In this document: positions 19,107 through 30,258 of the stretch, in pieces
How the letters are laid out: every line of letters starts with the position of its first letter
How positions within the stretch are numbered: the stretch's first letter is position 1
From: Candidatus Eiseniibacteriota bacterium
GTDB taxonomy: Bacteria > Eisenbacteria > RBG-16-71-46
DNA: 64,000 nt
NCBI GenBank assembly: GCA_963707915.1
Contig: OY970178.1
Span: forward strand, 864,001-928,000
Direction of reading: 5' to 3'
The notes under the pieces: generated by a model
Databases searched by the model: none
What the model was told of the DNA's origin: nothing
Seen by the model: the letters and a program-made list of their open reading frames with translations, nothing else
Position numbers and translations under genes: made by a program

Positions 19107-20828
19107 CTAGCGCGAGCCGGGCCGCCCCGGCCGTCGCGCCGGGCGCCCGACTGTGCCCCCGCGCCCAGGGCCCCGCGCCCTTTGACCCGAACCGCCTCCC
19201 GCAGGACGACCGGGGCCACGCGCCGCAGGACGGCCGGCACCGCGGGCCGGCGGACGGCCCGCAGGACGCGCCGGCGGACGACCCGGCGGACGGCCGGGGC
19301 CACGCGCCGCAGGACGGCCGGCGCCGCGGGCCGGCGGACGGCCCGGACCACGCTCCGCCGGGCGCCCCGGGGAACGCGACGTAGGACGCCCCGCGCCGCG
19401 GGACGGTGGACGGCCCGGACCACGCTCCGCCGGGCGCCCCGGGGAACGCGACGTGGGACGCCCCGCGCCGCGGGACGGTGGACGGCCCGAAACACGCGCC
19501 GCGGGACGGCCGGCGCCACGCGTCGGCGGGCCCGCGGAATCCCTCGGCGTGAAACGGGCCGCGCCGCGCGGCGTCGGGCGGCCCGGACCGCGCGAGGGAG
19601 CGCCACCGGGGCCGCGCCCCGCGGGCCGGCCTCTCCCCGCCAGGTCACTCCGGCCTCCCGAACGCGACGGCGGGCGGGCCGGGCCGCGCGGCATCGCGCG
19701 ACCGGGACCGCGCGACGCGGAACGCCCCGAGCCCCGCGAGCCGAAGCGCTCGGAACGAGCCGGCCGTTCCCGGCGGGCCGGCGCGGGCCGATCCCCCGGG
19801 ACCGGTTCCGGCCGCTCCGTGCGGTGCGGGCGGTCGAGCCTCGCGTGCGACGACGCCAGCCGCTCCTCGCGGCTCGGGGCCCGGCGCTCGCCGGGCATCG
19901 GGCGCTCGAGGCTCGCGCGCGACGTCACGCGTCGCGCACCGGGTGGCGGCGGCGGAGACATCCCGCGGCCGGCCCTCGGCACCTCCCCGCCCGGGCGCGG
20001 GGCCATGCCCCCCTGCGCCTCCATCTTCTCGAGCCGCCGGGCGAGCCGGTAGGTGGCATCGCTCCCCGAGCGCGGGCTGAGGTAGTTCCCCTGGCCGCGC
20101 TGGCGCGGGCGGGCACAGGCCGCGCGCAACCGGCGCACTTCCTCCTCCGAGAGCTCCCGGAACACCCCGCGCTGCACCGGGCCCAGTCGCAGCGGCCCGT
20201 AGGCCGAGCGGTGCAGCGCCCTCACCGCCAGCCCGACCGCCTCGCACATCCGGCGGACCTGGCGGTAGCGGCCCTCGTGCAGCGCGACCTCGAGCAGCGC
20301 GTCGCCCGGCTCGTCGGCGAGCACGCGCACGCGCGCGGGAGCGCTGCGCACCCCGGGCTCGAACTCGACGCCCTCCTGCAACCGCCGCAGCGCCTCGGTC
20401 CCGGGCACGCGGTCGACGCGCACGCGGTAGACCTTCATCACGCCGTAGCGCGGGTGCATGAGCTTGTGCGCCAGCTCGCCGTCGTTGGTGAGGATGAGCA
20501 GCCCGCTGGTGTCCGCGTCCAGCCGGCCGACCGGGAACAGGCGCGGGCCGGGCGGCATGAACTCGCGGATCGTGCGCCGGCCCTCGGGATCGTCCAGCGT
20601 GGTGATCACCCCGACCGGCTTGTTGAGCACGAAGTGGCGCAGCGCGGCGGCGCCCGCCAGCGGCTGGTTGCGGACCGTGATCCGGTCGCGCTCGGGCTCG
20701 ATCTGCGTCCCCGGCTCGAGCACGACGCTGCCGTTCACCCGGACCGCGCCCGACTTGATGAGTTCGTCGCACTTGCGCCGGGCGCCCACCCCGCGCTGCG
20801 CCAGCAGCTTGTTGAGCCGGACGCTCAT
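19107..20828 (-). CDS. rluB: 23S rRNA pseudouridine synthase (RluB-like) with a long R/G/P-rich C-terminal tail
   Basis: S4 domain RLNKLLA, LNKPVG, VGRLDADTSGLL, EGRYRQVRRM; follows scpB. Confidence 0.9.
   Translation of the reverse strand: MSVRLNKLLAQRGVGARRKCDELIKSGAVRVNGSVVLEPGTQIEPERDRITVRNQPLAGAAALRHFVLNKPVGVITTLDDPEGRRTIREFMPPGPRLFPVGRLDADTSGLLILTNDGELAHKLMHPRYGVMKVYRVRVDRVPGTEALRRLQEGVEFEPGVRSAPARVRVLADEPGDALLEVALHEGRYRQVRRMCEAVGLAVRALHRSAYGPLRLGPVQRGVFRELSEEEVRRLRAACARPRQRGQGNYLSPRSGSDATYRLARRLEKMEAQGGMAPRPGGEVPRAGRGMSPPPPPGARRVTSRASLERPMPGERRAPSREERLASSHARLDRPHRTERPEPVPGDRPAPARRERPARSERFGSRGSGRSASRGPGRAMPRGPARPPSRSGGRSDLAGRGRPAGRGPGGAPSRGPGRPTPRGAARFTPRDSAGPPTRGAGRPAARVSGRPPSRGAGRPTSRSPGRPAERGPGRPPSRGAGRPTSRSPGRPAERGPGRPPARGAGRPAARGPGRPPGRPPARPAGRPPARGAGRPAARGPGRPAGGGSGQRARGPGRGGTVGRPARRPGRPGSR
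19190..19640. repeat. Degenerate 24-bp coding repeat (RG[PA]GRPxx) with a 72-bp higher-order duplication in the rluB tail
   Basis: PPSRGAGRPTSRSPGRPAERGPGR occurs twice in tandem among many RGxGRP units; boundaries approximate. Confidence 0.8.
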
Positions 20829-21637
20829 TTCGGGTCCGCGGAGAGGCCGCGACGCGCGTCGGCCTCCGCTTCCGTCCCGGCCTCGTCGTCCGGCGGCGCG
20901 AGATCGCTCAGCGCCGGCTCGTCCGCCGGCGCGAAGTCGGTCGCGACCTGCAAGGCCGCCTGCGCCACCTCCGCGGGCCCCGCCGGCACGATCTCGTGGC
21001 GCGTGATCAGCTCGGGATGCGCGGCCTCGCTCGCGGCCAGGTCCGAAGCCACCTGCGAGACCACCTCGAGCTCCATCATGTCGAGCTGCTCGGGCTCGCG
21101 CGACGCGACCAGCGCCCGCAGCTCCTCGGGCCGCGGCAGCTCGGAGAGGTCCTTGAGGCCGAAGTACTCGAGGAACTCCTGCGTCGTGCCGTAGAGCAGC
21201 GGACGGCCGACCACCTTCGAGCGCCCGCGGATGGTGACCAGGTTGCGCTCGAGCAGCGTGGCGAGCACGGCGCTCGAGTCGACCCCGCGGATCGCCTCGA
21301 CCTCCGACTTCGTCACCGGCTGCTTGTAGGCGATGATCGCCATCGACTCGAGCGCCGCGCGCGAGAGCCGCATCTTGCGCTTGCCGCGCAGCATCCGCCC
21401 CACCCACTCCGCGTGCTCGGGGGTCGTGACCATCATCCAGCCGCCGGCGATCTCCCGCAGCTCGACGCCGGCGTCGCGCGCGGCGTACTGCTCGCCCAGG
21501 CGGTGCAGCGCCTCGGCGACCTCCTCCGGGCCGGCCTCGAGCGCTTCGCACAGCAGGGTGAGGGGCAGCGGCTGGTCGGACGAGAACAGCAGCGCCTCAA
21601 TCGCGGACTGGAGCTTCACGGGCGGCATGGGCATCAC
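20825..21637 (-). CDS. scpB: Segregation and condensation protein B
   Basis: IEALLF, LSRAALESMAIIAYKQPVT, IRGV, GRPLLYGTT and FGLKDLSELP motifs. Confidence 0.95.
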   Translation of the reverse strand: MMPMPPVKLQSAIEALLFSSDQPLPLTLLCEALEAGPEEVAEALHRLGEQYAARDAGVELREIAGGWMMVTTPEHAEWVGRMLRGKRKMRLSRAALESMAIIAYKQPVTKSEVEAIRGVDSSAVLATLLERNLVTIRGRSKVVGRPLLYGTTQEFLEYFGLKDLSELPRPEELRALVASREPEQLDMMELEVVSQVASDLAASEAAHPELITRHEIVPAGPAEVAQAALQVATDFAPADEPALSDLAPPDDEAGTEAEADARRGLSADPK

Positions 21638-22520
21638 TTCCTTCCGGTGGCCGGTAGACGATCTGGATCTCGCCGAACCCCTCGGTCTGGACGACCGAGA
21701 CCCGGCCGAGCTTGATGAGTTCGAGCAGGGCGATGAAGACGACGATCATCTCGATCCGCACCCGGCAGCCGACGAGCAGCGACTCGAAGGTCAGCGTGCC
21801 CCGCTCGGCGGCCAGGCCGGCGATCCAGTGGATCTTGTCCTCGACATCGTACACCTCGCCCTGGACCTCGTAGACCGCGGCCTCGGGCAGCCGGGACATG
21901 ACCCGGTTGAGGGCGTCGATCAGGTCGAAGAGCGTGGCGGCGGCGAGCGGCAGCGGGCCCATCTCGTCGTCGCCCGGGACCATGCCGCGCTCGTGCAGCA
22001 GGCGGCGCTCGGCCTCGCGTTCCTTGAGGGTCCCGGCCGCCTCCTTGAACTGGCGGTACTCGATCAGCCGCTGGACCAGCTCCTCGCGCGGATCGCCCTC
22101 GTCCTCGTCCTCGCCCCCGATGCCCGGCAGCGGCAGCAGCATCTTGACCTTGATCCGCATGAGCGTCGCGGCCATCACCAGGAAGTCCCCCGCCACTTCG
22201 AGATCGAGGATGCGCATCAGCTCGAGGTAGCCCAGGTACTGCTGGGTGATGTGCGCGATCGGGATGTCGTAGATGTCGATCTCGTCGCGCTTGATGAGGT
22301 GGAGCAGCAGGTCGAGCGGCCCCTCGAAGCGCGCGAGCTTGATGGTGACCATCTGCCGGCCGCGCGGCCCCGTCGGATCGTCGCCGTCCCGCGGGGCCAC
22401 CGGCGCCGCAGCGGGCGCGACCCGCGCCGACGGCGAGTCCAGGGACGCGTCCGCCACGGCGTCCGCCAGCCCGGCGCGGGCCTCGGGCCCGTCCGGTCCG
22501 CGGCGCGCGCGCCGGCTCAC
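21597..22520 (-). CDS. scpA: Segregation and condensation protein A (alternative start ATG 22352)
   Basis: FEGPLDLLLHLI, DIPIAHITQQYL, FIALLEL motifs; GTGA overlap with the trpS stop. Confidence 0.93.
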   Translation of the reverse strand: MSRRARRGPDGPEARAGLADAVADASLDSPSARVAPAAAPVAPRDGDDPTGPRGRQMVTIKLARFEGPLDLLLHLIKRDEIDIYDIPIAHITQQYLGYLELMRILDLEVAGDFLVMAATLMRIKVKMLLPLPGIGGEDEDEGDPREELVQRLIEYRQFKEAAGTLKEREAERRLLHERGMVPGDDEMGPLPLAAATLFDLIDALNRVMSRLPEAAVYEVQGEVYDVEDKIHWIAGLAAERGTLTFESLLVGCRVRIEMIVVFIALLELIKLGRVSVVQTEGFGEIQIVYRPPEGSDAHAAREAPVRD

Positions 22521-23599
22521 CGGCCCTCCAGCCACGGCACCCGGAGCCGCATCGCTTCGCGCACCTCGGCCATGGTGGCCGCGGCGGTCGCCCGCGCACG
22601 CCGGTTCCCCTCGGCGACGATGTCGCGCACCCGGGCCGGGTCGGCCGCGTAGCGCTCGCGGCGCTCGCGGATCGGGGCCAGCGCGTCGCTCAACAGCTGC
22701 GCCAGCGCCTTCTTGTCCGGCACGCACGGCAGCTCGCCGGCGATGCACTTCCGCCGGATCTCCGCCACGCCGTCCGGGTTGAACTTGCGATGGTACTCGA
22801 ACACCACGCAGCCCGGGTGCAGCGGGCGCCCCTCCGCGTCCAGCTCGCTGAGGTCGGCCTCGGGGCGGCCCGGGTCCGTGGCCCGCGCCTTCTTCGGGTC
22901 GGTGTAGGCCTGGCGCACCTTGCGCACGATCTCCTCGGGCGTGTCGGTCAGCAGGATGGTGTTGCCCACCGACTTGCTCATGCGGTTGCCGTCGAGGCCG
23001 CGCAGGCGTGCGAAGGCGGTGAGCTGGGCCTCGGGCTCGGGGAACACCGGCTGGCCGGGCGGGCAGTAGAGGAAGTTGAAGCGCCGCGCCAGCTCGCGCG
23101 TCAGCTCGACGTGCGGCACCTGGTCCTCGCCCACCGGGACGTGCGTCGGCTTGTACAGCAGGATGTCCGCCGCCTGCAGGACCGAGTAGCCGAGGTGCCC
23201 GTAGGAGATGGTCTGCTCGTCGAGGTGCAGGTCGCGGATCTGCTCCTTCAGCGTCGGGATGCGCTCGAGCCGGGCCTTGCTCGCCAGCATCGAGAGCAGC
23301 AGGTGCAGCTCGGCGTGCTCCTTCACCTCGGACTGGATGAAGATGACGCTCTTCTCCGGGTCGAGCCCCGCCCCCAGCCAGTCGAGCACCATGTCGTAGA
23401 TGTCGTCCTGGAGCCGCGAGGTGTCCTCGTAGCCGGTCGTGAGCATGTGCCAGTCGGCCACCATGTGGTAGTTGCGCCAGCCGGCGTCCTGTTTCTGGAC
23501 CCAGTTCTCGAGCGCTCCGACGTAGTTGCCCAGGTGCATGCGCCCGGTCGGGCGCATGCCCGACAGGATGCGCCCCGTCTTCGCCGCGGCGCCGCTCAC
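22517..23599 (-). CDS. trpS: Tryptophan--tRNA ligase
   Basis: SGMRPTG.MHLGN, QAADIL, VPVGEDQ and RMSKS motifs. Confidence 0.96.
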   Translation of the reverse strand: MSGAAAKTGRILSGMRPTGRMHLGNYVGALENWVQKQDAGWRNYHMVADWHMLTTGYEDTSRLQDDIYDMVLDWLGAGLDPEKSVIFIQSEVKEHAELHLLLSMLASKARLERIPTLKEQIRDLHLDEQTISYGHLGYSVLQAADILLYKPTHVPVGEDQVPHVELTRELARRFNFLYCPPGQPVFPEPEAQLTAFARLRGLDGNRMSKSVGNTILLTDTPEEIVRKVRQAYTDPKKARATDPGRPEADLSELDAEGRPLHPGCVVFEYHRKFNPDGVAEIRRKCIAGELPCVPDKKALAQLLSDALAPIRERRERYAADPARVRDIVAEGNRRARATAAATMAEVREAMRLRVPWLEGR

Positions 23600-24270
23600 A
23601 CCACCCCCGCGGACGGCAGCCCGAACAGGCCCAGGCAGGCGTTCACCGCGAACCGCAGCGGCGCGTAGAACAGCAGTTTCGAGGTGGCGTGCGACGAGAA
23701 CAGGAACATGACGAGTACGAGCCCCACGAAGCGGAAGCGGTTCAGCACGAGGACGTGCCGGAGCCGCAGGAAGCGCATCAGCACCCACGAGCCGTCGAGC
23801 GGCGGGATCGGGATCAGGTTGAAGAGCCCCAGGGCGCAGTTCCACACCACGCCGGCCAGCGCCATCTCGCGCAGCGGCGCGAAGAACCCGGTCCAGGAAC
23901 CCGGCGGGCCCGCCTCGGGGGCGAGCCGCGCCAGCGCGGCGAAGGCCAGCGCCAGCAACCCGTTCGCGGCCGGACCGGCCAGCGCCACCTTGACCGCGTC
24001 GTTGCGCGGGTCCCGCAGCCGGCGGTGGTCCACCGGCACCGGCTTGGCCCAGCCGAACAGGAACGGCGCGTGGAACAGGAAGAGCAGCGCCGGCAGGACG
24101 ATCGAGCCCATCAGGTCCACGTGCGGCAGCGGGTTCAGCGTGAGCCGCCCCCGCTCGCGCGCCGTCGGATCGCCGCACCACAGGGCCATCAGCCCGTGGG
24201 AGGCCTCGTGCGCGATGACGCTGAGCACGAAGACCGGCAGGATCAGGAAGATGGACGGGTCGAATTGCAC
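23596..24270 (-). CDS. Site-2 protease (peptidase M50)
   Basis: HEASH, GWAKPVP, AGP and FNLIPIPPLDG motifs. Confidence 0.93.
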   Translation of the reverse strand: MQFDPSIFLILPVFVLSVIAHEASHGLMALWCGDPTARERGRLTLNPLPHVDLMGSIVLPALLFLFHAPFLFGWAKPVPVDHRRLRDPRNDAVKVALAGPAANGLLALAFAALARLAPEAGPPGSWTGFFAPLREMALAGVVWNCALGLFNLIPIPPLDGSWVLMRFLRLRHVLVLNRFRFVGLVLVMFLFSSHATSKLLFYAPLRFAVNACLGLFGLPSAGVV

Positions 24271-24311
24271 GGGACGGGCTCCGGACGCGGGAGATTCGAG
24301 AAGGTCCCGTC

Positions 24312-24340
24312 AGACTATCGGGATTGCCCCGTGGAATCAA
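24312..24340 (-). promoter_or_regulatory. Putative sigma70 promoter of the site-2 protease-trpS-scpAB-rluB operon
   Basis: TTGATT-N17-TAGTCT on the minus strand. Confidence 0.5.
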
Positions 24341-24420
24341 GGCCGCCGAGGTTCAAGTAATGCATGAAGGCGCCGGCCGGGCCCCCCGCGGGACGCGGCC
24401 GGAAGCCCCCTGCCGCGCCG

Positions 24421-26205
24421 CTACTCGGGGCGGACCTTCACGACGACCAGCGTCAGATCGTCGTCCACGCCGTGCTCGCCCGCGTAGGCGGTGACCTCGT
24501 CCACCACGCCCTTGAGGATCTCCTGGGCCGTGCCCGCCGCGAGCCGCCGCAGGCAGCGTTCGAGCCGCTCGGTCCCGAACTGCTCGCCGGTGGGCGACTC
24601 GGCCTCGGAGACTCCGTCGGTGTAGAGCAGCAGCACGTCGCCCGGATGGAGCGCCACCGGGCGCTCCTCGTAGCGGGCGTCGGGCAGCACGCCCAGGGCC
24701 ACGCCGCCCTCGAGCAGGTACTGCGCGCGACCGTCCCCGCGCAGCAGCAGCGGCGGGTTGTGGCCCGCGTTGGAGAAGCTCAGGGAGCGGTTCTTCCAGT
24801 CCAGCACGCCGTAGAAGAGCGTGACGAACTTGTCGCGCTCGGTGCTCTCGTGCAGCAGCGTGTTCACCTTGCGCATGACCGCCCGCATGGTGAACTCGTT
24901 GCGGATCTCGGCCAGCAGGCTCATGCGGAAGCCCGCCATGATGAGGGCCGCCGGGATGCCCTTGCCCGAGACGTCGGCGATGGCGATGCCCAGCCGCGAG
25001 TCCGAGACGCGGATGAAGTCGAAGTAGTCGCCGCCCACCTCGTCGTGCGGCTGGGTGGCGCCCGCCAGATCGAATCCCGCCACCTCGGGCGCGCGCTTGG
25101 GCAGGAACGAGGCCTGGATCTCGCGCGCGATCGCCAGCTCCTTCTCCAGCCGCCGGCGGTCGAGCAGCTCGCGCGTCAGCCGCGCGCGCTCGATCGAGAC
25201 CGCCGCCTGCGAGGCGAACACCGCGAGCATCTCGAGGTGGCCCGCGTGGAATGCGTCCTCGCGGTCCGATTCGAGGTTGAACACGCCGATGGTGCGCCCC
25301 GCCAGCACCAGCGGGGCCGCCAGCTCCGAGCGCGTCTCGGCGCGGGCGCTGACGTAGCGCGGATCGCGGCGCACGTCGGGCACGATCACCGCCTCGCCGG
25401 TCTTCGCGACCCAGCCCACGATCCCCTCGCCCACCGACAGGCGGAACGCCTCGTCCGAGCCCGTGGGGTAGCCCGTGTCGCGCACCAGCTCGAGCCGCTG
25501 GGTCGAGCGGTTCACCAGGTAGATGGCCGCCGCCGCGTAGCGCACCACCTGGCGCAGCGAGCGGAAGATGGCCTCGAGGACCTCGTCCAGGTCGAGCGGC
25601 GCCGAGAGCGTCCGGGAGATCTCCAGCAGGACTTCCTTCTCGAGCGCGCGCCGCTCCGTCTCCTCGTAGAGCAGCGCGTTGTCGAGCGCGAAGGCCACGT
25701 GCTCGGAGGCGACGTCGAGGTGGTCGAAGTCGGCGTCGCTGAACGAGCCGCCCTGCCGGTCGAGGCACTCGATGGCGCCGAAGACCTCGCCGCGGCGGAA
25801 CAGCGGGATGACCAGCGCCGAGTGGAAGGGCTCGGTCACGCCCTTCAGGTCCGCCGGCGGCGCCTCGCCCGGCCCGAGCCGCAGCGAGCGCTCCTGGGCG
25901 ATGGCCCAGCCCGCCAGCCCCTCGCCGCGCGCCAGGCGCAACTCGCCCGCGATGCCGCCGTGCTCCTCGTCGAAGACGCGCGAGACCAGGCGCTCGCCGG
26001 CGCGCCGCGCCACCCAGATGTGCACCCGCCCGCACTCCACCAGGCGGCGCACGTGGCGGCTCGCCGCGCGCAGCAGGTCGTTCAGGTTGGCGTCGGACTG
26101 GAACGAGTCGCCGGCCGGCGTGCCGAGGACCGAGAGCGAACGCAGCGCGGCTTCGCGCTGGCCCTCATCGGGCTCGGCCGGATCGGTACGCGGGGCGTCG
26201 GACAT
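24421..26205 (-). CDS. GAF-GAF-SpoIIE (RsbU-like) PP2C phosphatase
   Basis: VGGDYFD, ADVSGKG, NAGH, YTDG and DDLT motifs; two GAF domains. Confidence 0.92.
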   Translation of the reverse strand: MSDAPRTDPAEPDEGQREAALRSLSVLGTPAGDSFQSDANLNDLLRAASRHVRRLVECGRVHIWVARRAGERLVSRVFDEEHGGIAGELRLARGEGLAGWAIAQERSLRLGPGEAPPADLKGVTEPFHSALVIPLFRRGEVFGAIECLDRQGGSFSDADFDHLDVASEHVAFALDNALLYEETERRALEKEVLLEISRTLSAPLDLDEVLEAIFRSLRQVVRYAAAAIYLVNRSTQRLELVRDTGYPTGSDEAFRLSVGEGIVGWVAKTGEAVIVPDVRRDPRYVSARAETRSELAAPLVLAGRTIGVFNLESDREDAFHAGHLEMLAVFASQAAVSIERARLTRELLDRRRLEKELAIAREIQASFLPKRAPEVAGFDLAGATQPHDEVGGDYFDFIRVSDSRLGIAIADVSGKGIPAALIMAGFRMSLLAEIRNEFTMRAVMRKVNTLLHESTERDKFVTLFYGVLDWKNRSLSFSNAGHNPPLLLRGDGRAQYLLEGGVALGVLPDARYEERPVALHPGDVLLLYTDGVSEAESPTGEQFGTERLERCLRRLAAGTAQEILKGVVDEVTAYAGEHGVDDDLTLVVVKVRPE

Positions 26206-26383
26206 GGGCGGCGGACCCTAGCACGCGCCCGCCGGGGTCACAACGTGAGCGGCGCGGCGGGCGGGCGACGGCGCCCGGCGCTTGAGCCACGCCCGGCGCC
26301 GGGCTAGATTCGCGGGCGGGCCTCGCCGGCCGGGGCCCGCGTTCCTGCCTGCCACCCGTCGCCTGCCGCCCGCCGGAGGTCCC

Positions 26384-28237
<1,854 letters not shown>

Positions 28238-28322
28238 GCAGGACGGGCCCGCACCATTCAACGACAAGTCCCACCAGCCTGCCGCCGGCGGGACTCGAGA
28301 CCGCTTCTACCTCAAGACCAAA

Positions 28323-28398
28323 TGGTGGAGCTGAACGGGATCGAACCGTCGACCTCTTGACTGCCAGTCAAGCGCTCTCCCAACTGAGCTACAGCCCC
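28323..28398 (-). tRNA. tRNA-Ala(GGC)
   Basis: GGGGCTGTAGCTCAGTTGGGAGAGCG-CTTGA CT GGC AG TCAAG-...GGTTCGATCCC...CTCCACCA; 76 nt with encoded CCA. Confidence 0.97.
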
Positions 28399-28419
28399 AC
28401 ACGGTACGGGCGGAGTGAG

Positions 28420-28448
28420 TTTCTACCCCAGCCGCGCGCTCGCGTCAA
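28420..28448 (-). promoter_or_regulatory. Putative promoter of tRNA-Ala
   Basis: TTGACG-N17-TAGAAA on the minus strand. Confidence 0.45.
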
Positions 28449-28527
28449 ACGCGGCCGGGGCGCGTCCCGGCGCCTCCCGGCGCCCTCCGGCCGCGCTCCC
28501 GGCCGCCCGGGCCGGGGTTCCCGCCGG

Positions 28528-28929
28528 CTACTTCTTCGCCCCGGCGCACTTCTTCGCGCTCGGGCAACCACCGCAGCCGGCGCCGCCCTTGCCGTCGGCC
28601 GCCATGACGCCGACCAGCTTCGCCTTCTTCGACACCGTGCTCACCGACTTGAGGATCTCCTCGGGGTTCGTGTGACGGTTGTCGAACGTGACGTTGAACG
28701 TCTTCTTGCCCGCGTCCATCTCGGCGAGCACGATCCCGGGTTTGTCGGCCAGGACCTTCGCCAGCTCCTGCAGCACGTTCCCCTTCGCCAGCTTGGGGAC
28801 GGAGAAGACGGCCACTTCCTGCGGGCCGGCGGCGTTCGACTGCTCGGTGGCCTGCTCGGCCGCGAGGGCAAGGCCGGCGGAGAACAGCAGGAAGACGAGG
28901 ACCGCGACGGACGCTCTCAGGCTGCGCAT
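28528..28929 (-). CDS. Exported HMA-fold-like protein with C-terminal CGGCPxxxxC tail
   Basis: Signal peptide; HMA-like pattern (VAVFSVPKL...PGIV...VTFD...TNPEEILKSV); GGAGG RBS. Confidence 0.65.
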   Translation of the reverse strand: MRSLRASVAVLVFLLFSAGLALAAEQATEQSNAAGPQEVAVFSVPKLAKGNVLQELAKVLADKPGIVLAEMDAGKKTFNVTFDNRHTNPEEILKSVSTVSKKAKLVGVMAADGKGGAGCGGCPSAKKCAGAKK

Positions 28930-28975
28930 GGATGAACCTCCAGTGGTCAAAGGGGTCCGACTGCCGCCGGACATT

Positions 28976-29368
28976 CTAGCGGATTCCGCCCCCGTCCGGC
29001 GAGACGACCTCGAACTGGTGGAAACGGATCTGGCCGCTGGCCTCGTCCACCACCGGCCCCTCGATCGCCGCCCGCAGGGCCCGCGGGTCGGTGACCGCCG
29101 CGTCGTAGGTCACCCGCGCCTCGTTGCGCGAGGCGTAGGCGACGCAGCGCAGCACCCCGGGCTCGTCCGCGAACTGCCCGGCCAGCTGCCGGGCGGTGTC
29201 CACGCACTTGAGCCCGCGGACCACGAACCGGACCGTCTCCACCCGCGCGCCGGCAGCGGCGGCGTAGTCCCGCGTGAAGCTCGGCGCGGCCAGGAAGCGC
29301 GCGCTGCCGATGCCCAGCGCGGCCGCCAGGATCACCAGGGCCGGAACCACCCAGGGAGACACCCTCAT
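28976..29368 (-). CDS. Membrane-anchored HMA-domain protein
   Basis: VRGLKCVDT...PGV...VTYD...TDPRALRAAIE; ATGA overlap with the upstream gene. Confidence 0.7.
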   Translation of the reverse strand: MRVSPWVVPALVILAAALGIGSARFLAAPSFTRDYAAAAGARVETVRFVVRGLKCVDTARQLAGQFADEPGVLRCVAYASRNEARVTYDAAVTDPRALRAAIEGPVVDEASGQIRFHQFEVVSPDGGGIR

Positions 29369-30165
29369 GGCTTCGTGACCTCCAGGCGCAACTCGAGCGC
29401 GCCCGGCGCCGGGCAGGCGCTCGAGCACTCGAGGCAGAGCGTGCACTCGCCCGAGCGCACCTCGGCGCCACCCGCGACGTCGATGCCGTGCGGGCAGGCC
29501 TGGCTGCACGAGCGACAGGCGGTGCAGCGCGACTCCGAGCGCCGCAGGCGCAGCCGCCCCACCGCGGAGAACGGCCAGAGCGTGACGCCGAGCGGGCAGA
29601 GGTAGCGGCACCAGGCCATCGGAACGATCGCGCCGAGCGCGAGCACGGCGGCGAGCAGCGCGTAGCTCCAGAGCCGCACCTCTTCGCCGTGCGCGCTGGT
29701 CAGGATGTAGTACGGGTCGTAGCCGCGGAAGACCAGCTCGCCGGTCCGCCAGGTGAAGAACAGGACCACGCCGAGCACCGGGAGGCGCAGCCACCGCAGC
29801 GCGCGATCGGCGCGCGGCCCGGGCTCGAGCGGCGGCCGCGTGCCGGTCCGCCGCACCAGCCGGAAGATCCACTCGTTCAGCGAGCCGACCGGGCAGGCCC
29901 ACGAGCAGAACGCCTTGCGCGCGACCAGCGTGAGCCCCAACAGCGCCAGGAACAGCGCGAGGTTCAACTCCCCCGCCGCGCAGCTGAAGCTGCGGCGGGT
30001 CACGAACGACCAGGCCGTCTCCAGCCCGCCGAACGGGCAGTACTTCTCGACGCCGGCGAGCGACCAGCCCCGCGCGAGCCGCACGCCGGCCGTCACCGCC
30101 GCCGCGGCGACGCCGACCTGGGCGGCGAGGCGGACCAGCTGCAGAGCGGAGACGCGACGTGCCAT
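29365..30165 (-). CDS. 4Fe-4S-binding membrane protein (NapH/MauN/YccM-type)
   Basis: CPFGG, FCSWACPVG, WCRYLCPLG and two CxxCxxCxxxCP motifs. Confidence 0.9.
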   Translation of the reverse strand: MARRVSALQLVRLAAQVGVAAAAVTAGVRLARGWSLAGVEKYCPFGGLETAWSFVTRRSFSCAAGELNLALFLALLGLTLVARKAFCSWACPVGSLNEWIFRLVRRTGTRPPLEPGPRADRALRWLRLPVLGVVLFFTWRTGELVFRGYDPYYILTSAHGEEVRLWSYALLAAVLALGAIVPMAWCRYLCPLGVTLWPFSAVGRLRLRRSESRCTACRSCSQACPHGIDVAGGAEVRSGECTLCLECSSACPAPGALELRLEVTKP

Positions 30166-30258
30166 GGTGCGCGGGACGCTACGCGGGCCCGTTCGTGAGC
30201 GTCAAGCGCCCGCCGCCCGCCCGCGGGGCCACCGCCATCCGATCCGCGGCGGCCGGCA

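Noticed and set aside
28528..30165. Selenocysteine read-through in the Cys-rich metal module
   Set aside because: The two small genes end in TAG; the ferredoxin TGA is part of an ATGA overlap; no in-frame TGA at a Cys position.
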